Made by a program: the position numbers and the translations under genes
Shown here: piece by piece, positions 29,592 through 37,842 of the stretch
How positions within the stretch are numbered: position 1 is the stretch's first letter
How the letters are laid out: every line of letters starts with the position of its first letter
Assembly (NCBI GenBank): GCA_964549075.1
Contig: CAZJUB010000018.1
Location: 1 to 41,066 of the forward strand
Length of the DNA: 41,066 bases
Source: an uncultured archaeon
GTDB lineage: Archaea; Asgardarchaeota; Heimdallarchaeia; Heimdallarchaeales; Heimdallarchaeaceae
Direction: 5' to 3'
Notes under the pieces: generated by a model
The model's input: the letters and a program-made list of their open reading frames with translations, nothing else
Told to the model about the DNA's origin: nothing
Databases searched by the model: none

Positions 29592-29963
29592 CTACTTTTT
29601 CCATACCTTCAGGAAATCTGGCATTTCCTCAAATGTAACAATTGGAATATTTAACCACTTTGCATCTGAAGCATCATTTGAGAAGTTATATTCTTCTATT
29701 GGTGAGGTCTTATACCGAAGAAAAGATTCAGTCGGTTGAGAATCGATTTCTACCCAAATGATTATGGGTAGAGCATTCAAATCATAGTAACCTAAACTTG
29801 TATTGAATATAAAAAATATGGTTTTATCTTCGTGCTTATACCTTCCTATATAACCAGCATTTCTATCGGGACCTAAGCTTGATATTACAAGTTTGATTAA
29901 ATCACTAATAGATGCTAGTTTTATCCCAGCAGGCGGTTTTAAAGTTGTAGATTCTTTTTCCAT
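29592..29963 (-). CDS. Conserved hypothetical archaeal protein
   Basis: Globular-looking ORF with GGTGA ahead of ATG 29963, directly downstream of atpK. It resembles an uncharacterised TACK/Asgard family (recognised from memory only). Confidence 0.65.
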   Translation of the reverse strand: MEKESTTLKPPAGIKLASISDLIKLVISSLGPDRNAGYIGRYKHEDKTIFFIFNTSLGYYDLNALPIIIWVEIDSQPTESFLRYKTSPIEEYNFSNDASDAKWLNIPIVTFEEMPDFLKVWKK

Positions 29964-29992
29964 AGTATTCACCAAAAAAGTAAAAAAACTGC

Positions 29993-30301
29993 TTAAAATA
30001 TAAGCAGAATAGAAATTAACAGTCCATATATAGCTACAGCTTCAATCAACACAATAAAGAGAAAAGCTTTTCCAAACACTTCTGGTTTTTCGGTAATTGC
30101 TCCGATAGCTGAACTACTTGCAATACCCATACCTATTGCTGAACCTATACCAGCAAGACCAACTGCTAATCCTGCACCAATTGGTTTAAAATCTGGTGGT
30201 GTAGTAGTTTGTGCTAATGTTGTATTTGCTGCTAAGATTATCAATACTGCAATGAACACTAAGAATCCTAATTTTTGAGTAGATTTCTTCTTTAAAAGCA
30301 T
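29993..30301 (-). CDS. atpK: A/V-type ATPase proteolipid subunit K (c), single hairpin with an N-terminal signal-like extension
   Basis: IGAGLAVGLAGIGSAIGMG...GAITEKPEVFGK...LIEAVAIYGL with the conserved ion-carrying Glu. Confidence 0.93.
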   Translation of the reverse strand: MLLKKKSTQKLGFLVFIAVLIILAANTTLAQTTTPPDFKPIGAGLAVGLAGIGSAIGMGIASSSAIGAITEKPEVFGKAFLFIVLIEAVAIYGLLISILLIF

Positions 30302-30408
30302 TTTATTACACCTATTATTCAAGCAAGATTCAGCTTAGGCAATTTAAAAATTTCGGAAAGACATCAGTTCTCAGAAAATTAATTGTAAATCAATACATAT
30401 AATAACTA

Positions 30409-30422
30409 CGAAAGCTTAAATA
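30409..30422 (+). promoter_or_regulatory. BRE-TATA promoter of the ESCRT-III operon
   Basis: CGAAAG followed by CTTAAATA, ending 30 nt upstream of ATG 30453. Confidence 0.55.
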
Positions 30423-30452
30423 GGTATAGAAAAAATTAAAGCTGTGAGTTAG

Positions 30453-31067
30453 ATGTTCCGAGACTTTATGGGCTGGCTTTTAGGTACAAAAAAGAGTCCT
30501 CGTGACCACATCATTAACCTTCGATTAACTGTAAGAAGATTGGAAAGAGCACAGAGAAAGCTTACTCGTGATGAATCAAAAATGCAGTTAAAGATGAAAC
30601 AAAGTATACAACGAGGAGACCTTGAATCTGCAAGATTATTTGCAACAGATATAGTTAGAAATAGAAGATGGGAATTTGGTTATCAAAAACTTGTTTCTAG
30701 AATGAATGGGCTTATCTTTAAATTAGAACGAGCAGACACTGCTGCTAGTATGGCTGAGGAAATGCATGGAATAGCTTCTGCACTTCGAACAGCAAATGCA
30801 CAACTACAAATTCCTGACTTGGATAGAGTTATTCAAGATATGGAGAGTTCTATAGATGGTATTGAGGAATCAACTGGAACCATTGAAGATGGAATAGATG
30901 ATTTATTAGTAGCTGACTCAGATCCTGCTGAAGTAGATCGATTGATTGAACAAACAGCAGCTGAGTTAGGAGTATCTACTCAAGCTGGACTACCTTCTGT
31001 AGGAGTCGTAGAAACTGACGATTTGGAAAATGAGATTCAAAAATTAAGGAAAAGAGAAGAAGATTAA
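30453..31067 (+). CDS. ESCRT-III, Vps2/24/46-like (ESCRT-IIIA)
   Basis: Amphipathic N-terminus MFRDFMGWLLG, LR...RRLER, GDLESARLFATDIVR, EVDRLIEQTAAELG and a MIM1-like C-terminus DDLENEIQKLR. Confidence 0.93.
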   Translation: MFRDFMGWLLGTKKSPRDHIINLRLTVRRLERAQRKLTRDESKMQLKMKQSIQRGDLESARLFATDIVRNRRWEFGYQKLVSRMNGLIFKLERADTAASMAEEMHGIASALRTANAQLQIPDLDRVIQDMESSIDGIEESTGTIEDGIDDLLVADSDPAEVDRLIEQTAAELGVSTQAGLPSVGVVETDDLENEIQKLRKREED

Positions 31068-31081
31068 AAAAGTGATTAATT

Positions 31082-31738
31082 ATGGTTAAAAATTGGCTTT
31101 TTGGAAAGAAAAGGAAAGAAGATGCTGATGCTTTAGCAACACTTAAAGCTCAACAAAACAGACTTCAAGCTGAAGCTAGAAATCTCGAAAGACAGTCGGA
31201 TGAACAAAAAGTTCTAGCTGCCAAAATGCTTCAAGCAGGTAACAAAGCTGGAGCTCGTCAAGCTCTTATACGAAGACAGGTTTTCATGAAGCGACTGAAT
31301 ACTGTACATAATACTGCTATGAATCTGCAAGCTCAGATAGATAGTATCCAAACCGCAACATCAACAGCTGAAACTGTTAAAGCAATGGAACTTGGTACAA
31401 AAGTTGTTGGCGAGAAAATCAAGACAGTATCACCCGAAAGAACAGAACGAGTTATGGATTCAGTTATGGAACAAAGAGATCAAATTGAGATGATGACTGA
31501 AGCTTTGTCAGATCCAAGTCTATCTGAAGGTATTTTGGATTTCGAGGACGATGCAGCTATTGATGAGCAATTAGCTCAATTAGAGGCTGAAATGGATCTT
31601 GGTAAAACTACAAGTCTTCCTGATGTTTCTGGTTTACCGTCAACACCAGTAGGGACAGCATCTGAAAAAGAAGAAGATACTTCTGATCTCGAGGCTGAAC
31701 TCGAAGGTTTGAAGAAGAAAATGAGTGAAGATAACTGA
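31082..31738 (+). CDS. ESCRT-III, Vps20/32/60 (Snf7)-like (ESCRT-IIIB)
   Basis: MVKNWLFGKK, GNKAGARQAL, NLQAQIDSIQ, DDAAIDEQLAQLEAE, Pro-rich LPDV/LPSTP and C-terminal DLEAELEGL. Confidence 0.94.
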   Translation: MVKNWLFGKKRKEDADALATLKAQQNRLQAEARNLERQSDEQKVLAAKMLQAGNKAGARQALIRRQVFMKRLNTVHNTAMNLQAQIDSIQTATSTAETVKAMELGTKVVGEKIKTVSPERTERVMDSVMEQRDQIEMMTEALSDPSLSEGILDFEDDAAIDEQLAQLEAEMDLGKTTSLPDVSGLPSTPVGTASEKEEDTSDLEAELEGLKKKMSEDN

Positions 31739-31830
31739 TTTACTTCTTCCCTTTCAATATTTTTTACATGAAACTGAATAAAATATTTTATATTGGATAA
31801 TTGAAATAATTAGATAGAGGTTGTAAACGC

Positions 31831-32979
31831 TTGTCAGCTCAAGGCTTAATTGACCATGCTAGGGAATTTGCTTTAAAAGCATATAATTTTGATAAAGAAA
31901 AGAATTATAGTGAAGCAATTCCATATTATTTAGATGCAGCTGAGGCTTTAATGAAAGCTATCAAATTTGAACGAAATCCTCAGATTGCTCGCTCCTTAAA
32001 AAAGAAAGCAGAAATGTATATTAGTAGATCAAAGGAACTTAAAGAATTATTAGAGAGAAAGAAAGAACGTAAATCAACTGCTGGAAGTGACGATGAAGAG
32101 GAAGATAAACTTGAAGGAGCTATTTCTGACATTATAGTAACAGAAAAACCAAATATAACTTTAAACGAAATTGCCGGTCTGGAAAATGCTAAACAAACAC
32201 TACGAGAGGCAATAGTTTTACCTTTAATGAGACCAGACCTTTTTTCAGGTGCAAGAAGACCTTGGAAGGGGATACTTTTATTTGGACCACCTGGATGCGG
32301 TAAGACACTTCTCGCCAAAGCAACTGCTGCTGAAGTAGAAGCCACATTCTTTAATGTTAGTGCATCTTCAATTATCTCAAAGTGGCTTGGAGAATCTGAG
32401 AAACTTGTCAGAACACTCTTTGAACTTGCACGTGAGAAACAACCAAGTATCATTTTTGTAGATGAAGTAGATGCTCTCGCTGGTGCAAGAGGGGGAGAAC
32501 ATGATGCGATGAGACGAGTAAAAACCGAATTATTAACCTCAATGGATGGTCTTTCAAGTTCTGAAACTGATAGAATTGTAACTGTTGGAGCAACCAATAT
32601 ACCAGAATCTATTGATGGTGCTTTCAGAAGAAGATTTGAAAGAAGGATTTACATCCCTCTACCAGATTTTGCAGCTCGTGTAGCTATATTTACCTTAAAT
32701 ACAAAAGGTGTAGAGTTAGCAGATGAAGTTGATTTTGAGGTTCTTGCAGAGATAACTGATTGTTATTCTGGATCAGATATAGCAATGGTTTGTAGAGAAG
32801 CAATTATGACTCCAATTAGAGAATTGGATATGGCTGGTGCTATTAATGATACTTCTGTAAAAGCGAGACCTGCTACTCAGGATGATTTTCTTGAAGCTAT
32901 AGAAGCAATCAATCCTTCAGTTAGTGATGACGAAATTGAAAAATATGATCAATGGAACGAGGAATTTGGAAGTGCATAA
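31831..32979 (+). CDS. vps4: Vps4 AAA+ ATPase with N-terminal MIT domain
   Basis: MIT three-helix region (aa 1-75), PWKGILLFGPPGCGKT, ISKWLGESEK, IIFVDEVD, RRVKTELL, RRRFERRIYIPLP and EEFGS end. Confidence 0.96.
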   Translation: MSAQGLIDHAREFALKAYNFDKEKNYSEAIPYYLDAAEALMKAIKFERNPQIARSLKKKAEMYISRSKELKELLERKKERKSTAGSDDEEEDKLEGAISDIIVTEKPNITLNEIAGLENAKQTLREAIVLPLMRPDLFSGARRPWKGILLFGPPGCGKTLLAKATAAEVEATFFNVSASSIISKWLGESEKLVRTLFELAREKQPSIIFVDEVDALAGARGGEHDAMRRVKTELLTSMDGLSSSETDRIVTVGATNIPESIDGAFRRRFERRIYIPLPDFAARVAIFTLNTKGVELADEVDFEVLAEITDCYSGSDIAMVCREAIMTPIRELDMAGAINDTSVKARPATQDDFLEAIEAINPSVSDDEIEKYDQWNEEFGSA

Positions 32980-32995
32980 ATAAGAGGTCCTCTTG

Positions 32996-33754
32996 ATGTC
33001 AACAACAGAGAAGAAGAAGTTAGAGAAAGAAAAAAAATCCTCAATTGACTTAAAACAACTGAAAGAAGAAAAAAAGATTTCAGAAGAGAAATTAAAACTT
33101 ATAGAAGCCAGTATTAAAGGTTTAGAGGTCTCTGAGGAAGAATTGAAATCAACTCTTCCTGCTGAATCAGTAATTAAGCTAAAAGATGATACATCTAAAG
33201 ATCAACGAGCTGTACTTGAAGTAGAATTCGATGAAGCTCTACCAAAATGGATTAAAGCACCTTGGATGTATATCAGACCAAACAAAGGAGATCAAATAGA
33301 ATCATGGCTGGAAAGCTGGTCTGCTATTGTTCTTGATTATTCTAGGATATTTGTTATACATATAATAAATATTAATGAAATTAGATCGGTTCATCCTTTT
33401 CATAATAAAAAAATTGGTAAGAGATTAACAATCGATCAGGTCCGTGATATAATTGATCATCTAGTAACCCATAACATTGCTAAATGGCTAGATGAAGATA
33501 ACAAGACTCGAGCTAGAATATATTGGAAATCTGATGAAGAATGGGCTGATCAACTCTTAGACTTCATGATTGAAACAGGAAGAGTCGTTGAAATACATTC
33601 TCTCTACGATCTAACTCAACTTGAAGAAAATTGGTCTAATTTACCGGCAGATGACCTGATTATAGTGTGTGAAATGCTTGTAGAGCGTAAAGTTGCTCGA
33701 TGGTTGAATAAAGAAAAAACAATAATACAATTTGAAGCAGATAAGGTATATTAA
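32996..33754 (+). CDS. vps25: ESCRT-II Vps25-like winged-helix protein with charged N-terminal extension
   Basis: QIESWLESWSAIVLDY, PFHNKKIGKRL, AKWLD and IYWKSDEEWA match the Vps25 pattern. It follows vps4. Confidence 0.88.
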   Translation: MSTTEKKKLEKEKKSSIDLKQLKEEKKISEEKLKLIEASIKGLEVSEEELKSTLPAESVIKLKDDTSKDQRAVLEVEFDEALPKWIKAPWMYIRPNKGDQIESWLESWSAIVLDYSRIFVIHIININEIRSVHPFHNKKIGKRLTIDQVRDIIDHLVTHNIAKWLDEDNKTRARIYWKSDEEWADQLLDFMIETGRVVEIHSLYDLTQLEENWSNLPADDLIIVCEMLVERKVARWLNKEKTIIQFEADKVY

Positions 33755-33761
33755 AGAGCAG

Positions 33762-34487
33762 TTAATACCCTAATAATCCTGGGAACCAATACTTAGTGCC
33801 TTCAGAGTAACTTTTGTCTACTCTTGCTATACCATGCTCCTCGAAGAATTTCAGAGTTCTGTCTATTCTTTCTTCTGTCCAATCGGTTTTCATAAGTAGA
33901 GCCTCTTTAGTTATAAAACCTTCACGAGAAGCATAATTTAGTATTATGTCGTGATCAGTACTAAATTCAACTGTAATGAATTCCAAGATTTTCACTCCAG
34001 AACCTAATATTCTGTAAGGAGGTAATAACTGGGAATTGATTAATTTATCAATAGATCTTCTCATATCGTCGATTGAAACCATTCTACCAGGACGTTTCTT
34101 GTTTAATTGTGTAAAAAGTTCACCTACAGCAATTATACCCCCATTTTCAGGGATTAATTCTTGCCCTAGCTCTAATATTTCATTTGCTAAAACATCATAG
34201 AAACCTCTTCCTGTTAGCCTGTCCTTGAACGTTGGAGCTTCTTTCCAATCAAAACGACCAATTTCTGTGGGTAAACCTAACTCTTCTCGTAAGTTGGCTA
34301 GTTTCTCATAATAATCCTTATTTTCAGAGATTTTATCTCCATATTTCTTTTCAAATTTCTTCAGTTCTTTTTTAATTTCACTGATGTTGTTGATCATCTG
34401 TTCAAGTTCTTTGATCATTAATTCAGCATCTTTTACTTGAAAAGCTGATTTTACTTTTATTTTCTTTTCAATATCTCTTAGACCCAC
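33762..34487 (-). CDS. ESCRT-II Vps22/36 (EAP30)-like protein
   Basis: LKKFEKKY..KI, FYDVLANEILE, NGGIIAVGEL...NKKR...VSIDDMRRS, WTEER, G.ARVD and YWFPGL. GTG start preceded by AGGAG. Confidence 0.92.
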   Translation of the reverse strand: MGLRDIEKKIKVKSAFQVKDAELMIKELEQMINNISEIKKELKKFEKKYGDKISENKDYYEKLANLREELGLPTEIGRFDWKEAPTFKDRLTGRGFYDVLANEILELGQELIPENGGIIAVGELFTQLNKKRPGRMVSIDDMRRSIDKLINSQLLPPYRILGSGVKILEFITVEFSTDHDIILNYASREGFITKEALLMKTDWTEERIDRTLKFFEEHGIARVDKSYSEGTKYWFPGLLGY

Positions 34488-34552
34488 TTCAATCTCCTAT
34501 TTTGTTATTGTCTAGCAATTATTTATATCTTCTCAAATTAAAAACACCGAGT

Positions 34553-34855
34553 TTAGAATAATTTTGGTAATTCCAGTAACCAATTTTTAATTTTTTCAGT
34601 TAACATCTGCCTTTCTTTGGATGATAGAAATGCTGCTAGCTTGTTTTGATATTTTCTAAAAAGCATTTTATAAATATCATTCATTTCTTGAAAAATCTTT
34701 TCTCCTCCCCTTAATTTCTTTATTTCCAGTGAAAGTTCTTCCAATTCTTCTAAAATATACCCTACATCAATTCGTATTTCCACCATGTCCACTAATTCGA
34801 ATAATTCTTTCCGAATAGAGATAAATTCATTTTCCATAGGGCTTGTTCTTACCAT
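34553..34855 (-). CDS. Small helical protein resembling the Vps28 C-terminal four-helix bundle
   Basis: Aligns by eye with the last ~95 aa of the neighbouring ESCRT-I fusion. It lies between the ESCRT-I and Vps22/36 genes. Confidence 0.55.
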   Translation of the reverse strand: MVRTSPMENEFISIRKELFELVDMVEIRIDVGYILEELEELSLEIKKLRGGEKIFQEMNDIYKMLFRKYQNKLAAFLSSKERQMLTEKIKNWLLELPKLF

Positions 34856-34920
34856 TTTTATCACAGAGTTGTTCAACTACAAGAAAAATAAAGGAGAAAT
34901 GATTTGAGAAACTTGATCCG

Positions 34921-36333
34921 TTATAACTCTTTTAATAATCTTCTAAAATCATTTAACCATCTGGCTGCCTGGAATTCTAGTTTCTCACAATCCTCTTCTT
35001 TAATTATTTCCTGTGGATTGTATTTGGACAATATCCTTTTCCAACTATTCATATCACTGACTACCCAATGGTCTTTTGGAATAGATGGAAAAGTTGTCAA
35101 GATGTGAAGCATCTCATCAATATCTGCAAGTAATAAATCTGCTCTTGCTACCGATTTTAATCTAGTTAAGTCAATTAGTTCAATAGCCGAAGAAACAAAA
35201 TCTGCAGTTTTTGAAGGCATTTTCTTCAATGTATCAAATGGTATTGATGCAGTATCTTCAGTTTCCTCTCCTTCAGCGCTTCTAAGTTGCTTAATTCCTT
35301 TTGGATATTTCTTTTCAAGATCTTCTCTCTTTAGGAATTCATCTTGATTGAAACCAATTTTCTCCAATTGTAATCTTGTTTTGAAGATATCTCTAATTAA
35401 AGCTTTTAACTGCTTTCTGTAAGCAATTTGTTCAATCTCATTATCTTCATATCCCTCAACCAATGCGTCCAACGTAGCAATAGCTGCAAATAAATCTGCT
35501 TCTAAACTCATCAATCTTTCATCTTCTTTTGTCATACCACCACTTGATTTAACTTTAACTTGGTTAAGCTGTTTTTCAGCTATAAAACCTTTTTTCGTAT
35601 ATAATTTATGTAACTTAAGATATTCAATATTTGTCATATCTCCATCTTCGAACTTCTCTGCAATAACATCCAAAGTGTCTTGAATTGCAACAAATTCAGC
35701 TTGCAAATCTTCTTCAATAGATATTGAAATCTCTTTTGATTTTGGTTCAATATCTATACCTCCTTCTTTCAACAATGCTTCTCTCTCACCTTCAATCTGT
35801 CTTGAAATTTTCTGAATTTCTCTTTGATAGTGAACAATTGAGTCATCCAGATCTCGTTTTTCAGCAACCATTTGAGGGCTACTTGACGAAGCTAGAGAAA
35901 CTTGAGGAAGTTCTTTAATAGGAATTTGTGTAATGGTTAAACCTGTTTGTTTTTCTTCCTTATTTGTTTTCTTAACCTTAGTTTTATATGTTTTAGCAGG
36001 AACATTGACAAAGAGCTTCTTTATATCTTCAATTACTTGATACACATGATAATCGGTTTGCCATTCTGCAAGAATACGTAAACTCAAAGTACCATCATCT
36101 TCAACATTTGGATGATTAACTTTTGGTGTTATATCAACAAATGGAGGAACTTCAGGGAAACCATCTTGAATATATATATTAGCAAATATAGGGATTTCTG
36201 TACCTTCTATTGTACCTACATATCCCTTCCACTGTTTAAGATTCCCTCTAACGGGCTCAAAATTCAGCTGCTTATCAAATATTAACTGCATTTCATTTGC
36301 GAGTAGATAATCATCTGCGGAAATTTTGTTCAC
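34921..36333 (-). CDS. ESCRT-I fusion: UEV, coiled coil, Vps23 steadiness box and Vps28
   Basis: E2 fold FPEVPP...HPNVEDDGTLSL with the catalytic Cys replaced by Ser. Steadiness box AIQDTLDVIAEKFEDGDMTNIEYLK, Vps28 ADLFAAIATLDAL..Y and a C-terminal bundle follow. Confidence 0.88.
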   Translation of the reverse strand: MNKISADDYLLANEMQLIFDKQLNFEPVRGNLKQWKGYVGTIEGTEIPIFANIYIQDGFPEVPPFVDITPKVNHPNVEDDGTLSLRILAEWQTDYHVYQVIEDIKKLFVNVPAKTYKTKVKKTNKEEKQTGLTITQIPIKELPQVSLASSSSPQMVAEKRDLDDSIVHYQREIQKISRQIEGEREALLKEGGIDIEPKSKEISISIEEDLQAEFVAIQDTLDVIAEKFEDGDMTNIEYLKLHKLYTKKGFIAEKQLNQVKVKSSGGMTKEDERLMSLEADLFAAIATLDALVEGYEDNEIEQIAYRKQLKALIRDIFKTRLQLEKIGFNQDEFLKREDLEKKYPKGIKQLRSAEGEETEDTASIPFDTLKKMPSKTADFVSSAIELIDLTRLKSVARADLLLADIDEMLHILTTFPSIPKDHWVVSDMNSWKRILSKYNPQEIIKEEDCEKLEFQAARWLNDFRRLLKEL

Positions 36334-36411
36334 CTAATTTTTTATCTCTAATAAGTGAATACCTTCAAACTTTAAAAAATATTGCATTTAAAATGTTATT
36401 TTTCTTCCATT

Positions 36412-37419
36412 CTAATCTTTGATTTGAAGTACAATTTTAATTGGACTCGCTAAATTTTTATCAATAATGTAAGCGACAGCCTTTGAATCTTTTATTACTT
36501 CTTTTATTAGCTTTTCTGGATCTATTATGGATCCCTTAATCATAATGTCTGGCTTAGAAAGCCCATAGGTTAAAATTAATCTAAGATTAACGTCTTTGAA
36601 AGATTCATCAGAATTTACAATAAAATCAATTTGCTCAAGTTTATAGAGGTCTCCGCATGTAGGACATTCATCTGATTTTGTGAGTTCAATTATTGTTGTT
36701 GCATTATTTAGACCATCGTAGAACATATAATTCTCTAGTGTAGAACCTATTCCAAGTATTAGTTTTAATGCTTCTTGAGACATAAAACCTGCAATAATGG
36801 AAGACAATGTTGCAACAGCTGGTAAAGGAGGTTCTTTTTCTTCCTCTTCTTTTCTGTCCTTCTTTCTTTCTTCTCCAAAAGGAGTACAAGCTTGAGCTAG
36901 TTCTTCTTCAGGCACTAAAGGTTGGCATTCAAAACACGCTGTTTCATGAGGTTTTATTACTTGAACATTACCTAAAAATGCAAACATTCCTCCCATCACT
37001 AGTGGTGCATTTACTCTTATTGCCATAGAATTTATCCAACGTCTACCTATGAAAGTATCTAAACATGAAATAATTACATCTGCTTCTTCATAAACTGAGA
37101 GTGAAACTTCTTCCATCTTTTTATGTATAAATTCAAGTTTACACATGGGATTTAATTCTCTTAATCTTTCCACTGCAATTTCAGATTTTGATTTTCCTAC
37201 ATCTTTATCCCGAAAAAGTAACTGTCTGTTTAGATTAGAAATTTCAATAGTATCAAAATCGATGATGATTAACTTCCCTATTCCAGAAGATACTAAAATG
37301 GTAGCTACATAACTACCAATTGCTCCAGCACCAACAAGAATAACTGTACTCTTTTCTAATTTTTCTTGATTCCAACCTGGAATCAGCATTTGTCTAGAAT
37401 AGCGTTCTTCATCACTCAT
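36412..37419 (-). CDS. Ubiquitin-activating enzyme E1 (ThiF/UBA family)
   Basis: RYSRQ, VGAGAIG, DFDTIEISNLNRQ, DVGKSK, Zn ligands CFEC and CPTC, probable catalytic Cys in AQACTP, and a C-terminal UFD-like extension. Confidence 0.93.
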   Translation of the reverse strand: MSDEERYSRQMLIPGWNQEKLEKSTVILVGAGAIGSYVATILVSSGIGKLIIIDFDTIEISNLNRQLLFRDKDVGKSKSEIAVERLRELNPMCKLEFIHKKMEEVSLSVYEEADVIISCLDTFIGRRWINSMAIRVNAPLVMGGMFAFLGNVQVIKPHETACFECQPLVPEEELAQACTPFGEERKKDRKEEEEKEPPLPAVATLSSIIAGFMSQEALKLILGIGSTLENYMFYDGLNNATTIIELTKSDECPTCGDLYKLEQIDFIVNSDESFKDVNLRLILTYGLSKPDIMIKGSIIDPEKLIKEVIKDSKAVAYIIDKNLASPIKIVLQIKD

Positions 37420-37537
37420 ATTCAGTACTACCCTTAATATTCCTTTTAGGTTTATCTTGTATAAGTTTTTTTTTACTGAGTAACAGAATTAAAATATATT
37501 AAGAAAAGAGAATTTTTGTGAAAAGAGCATTTAGAAT

Positions 37538-37774
37538 TTAAGAACCACCTTTGGTTCTTGCAATAAGATAGCATTTATCGCCATCCATCATACCTGTTTG
37601 TTTAAGGATTTCCGAGTCATCCAGCTGTTTACCATGGAAAACTATGATAACTGTATTTGCTGGGATTTTTTTCTTCTTTGCTACTTCTCTTTTTAATTGA
37701 GCAACTGTTGACTGTGGATCTACATCTAGCTCAATTGACCCCCCACCAATTGCTGTGACTACTGAAATACGCAT
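37538..37774 (-). CDS. Ubiquitin-like protein (eukaryote-like), pro-form ending GG-S
   Basis: Collinear with ubiquitin: MRISVVT, STVAQLK, IP, VFHGKQLDD (K48 equivalent) and RTKGG plus Ser. Confidence 0.93.
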   Translation of the reverse strand: MRISVVTAIGGGSIELDVDPQSTVAQLKREVAKKKKIPANTVIIVFHGKQLDDSEILKQTGMMDGDKCYLIARTKGGS

Positions 37775-37842
37775 TTTTTTAACACCTAAATTGTTCTAAT
37801 TTCTTTTTATACATCTTCATTATTAAACCTTACCAAATTATT

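Noticed and set aside
31980-32597. 205-aa antisense ORF inside vps4
   Set aside because: Fully overlaps a highly conserved gene on the opposite strand and has no motifs; a codon-bias shadow.
34921-36333. Calling this gene an active E2 conjugating enzyme
   Set aside because: The catalytic Cys position is Ser and the domain is fused to ESCRT-I core domains.
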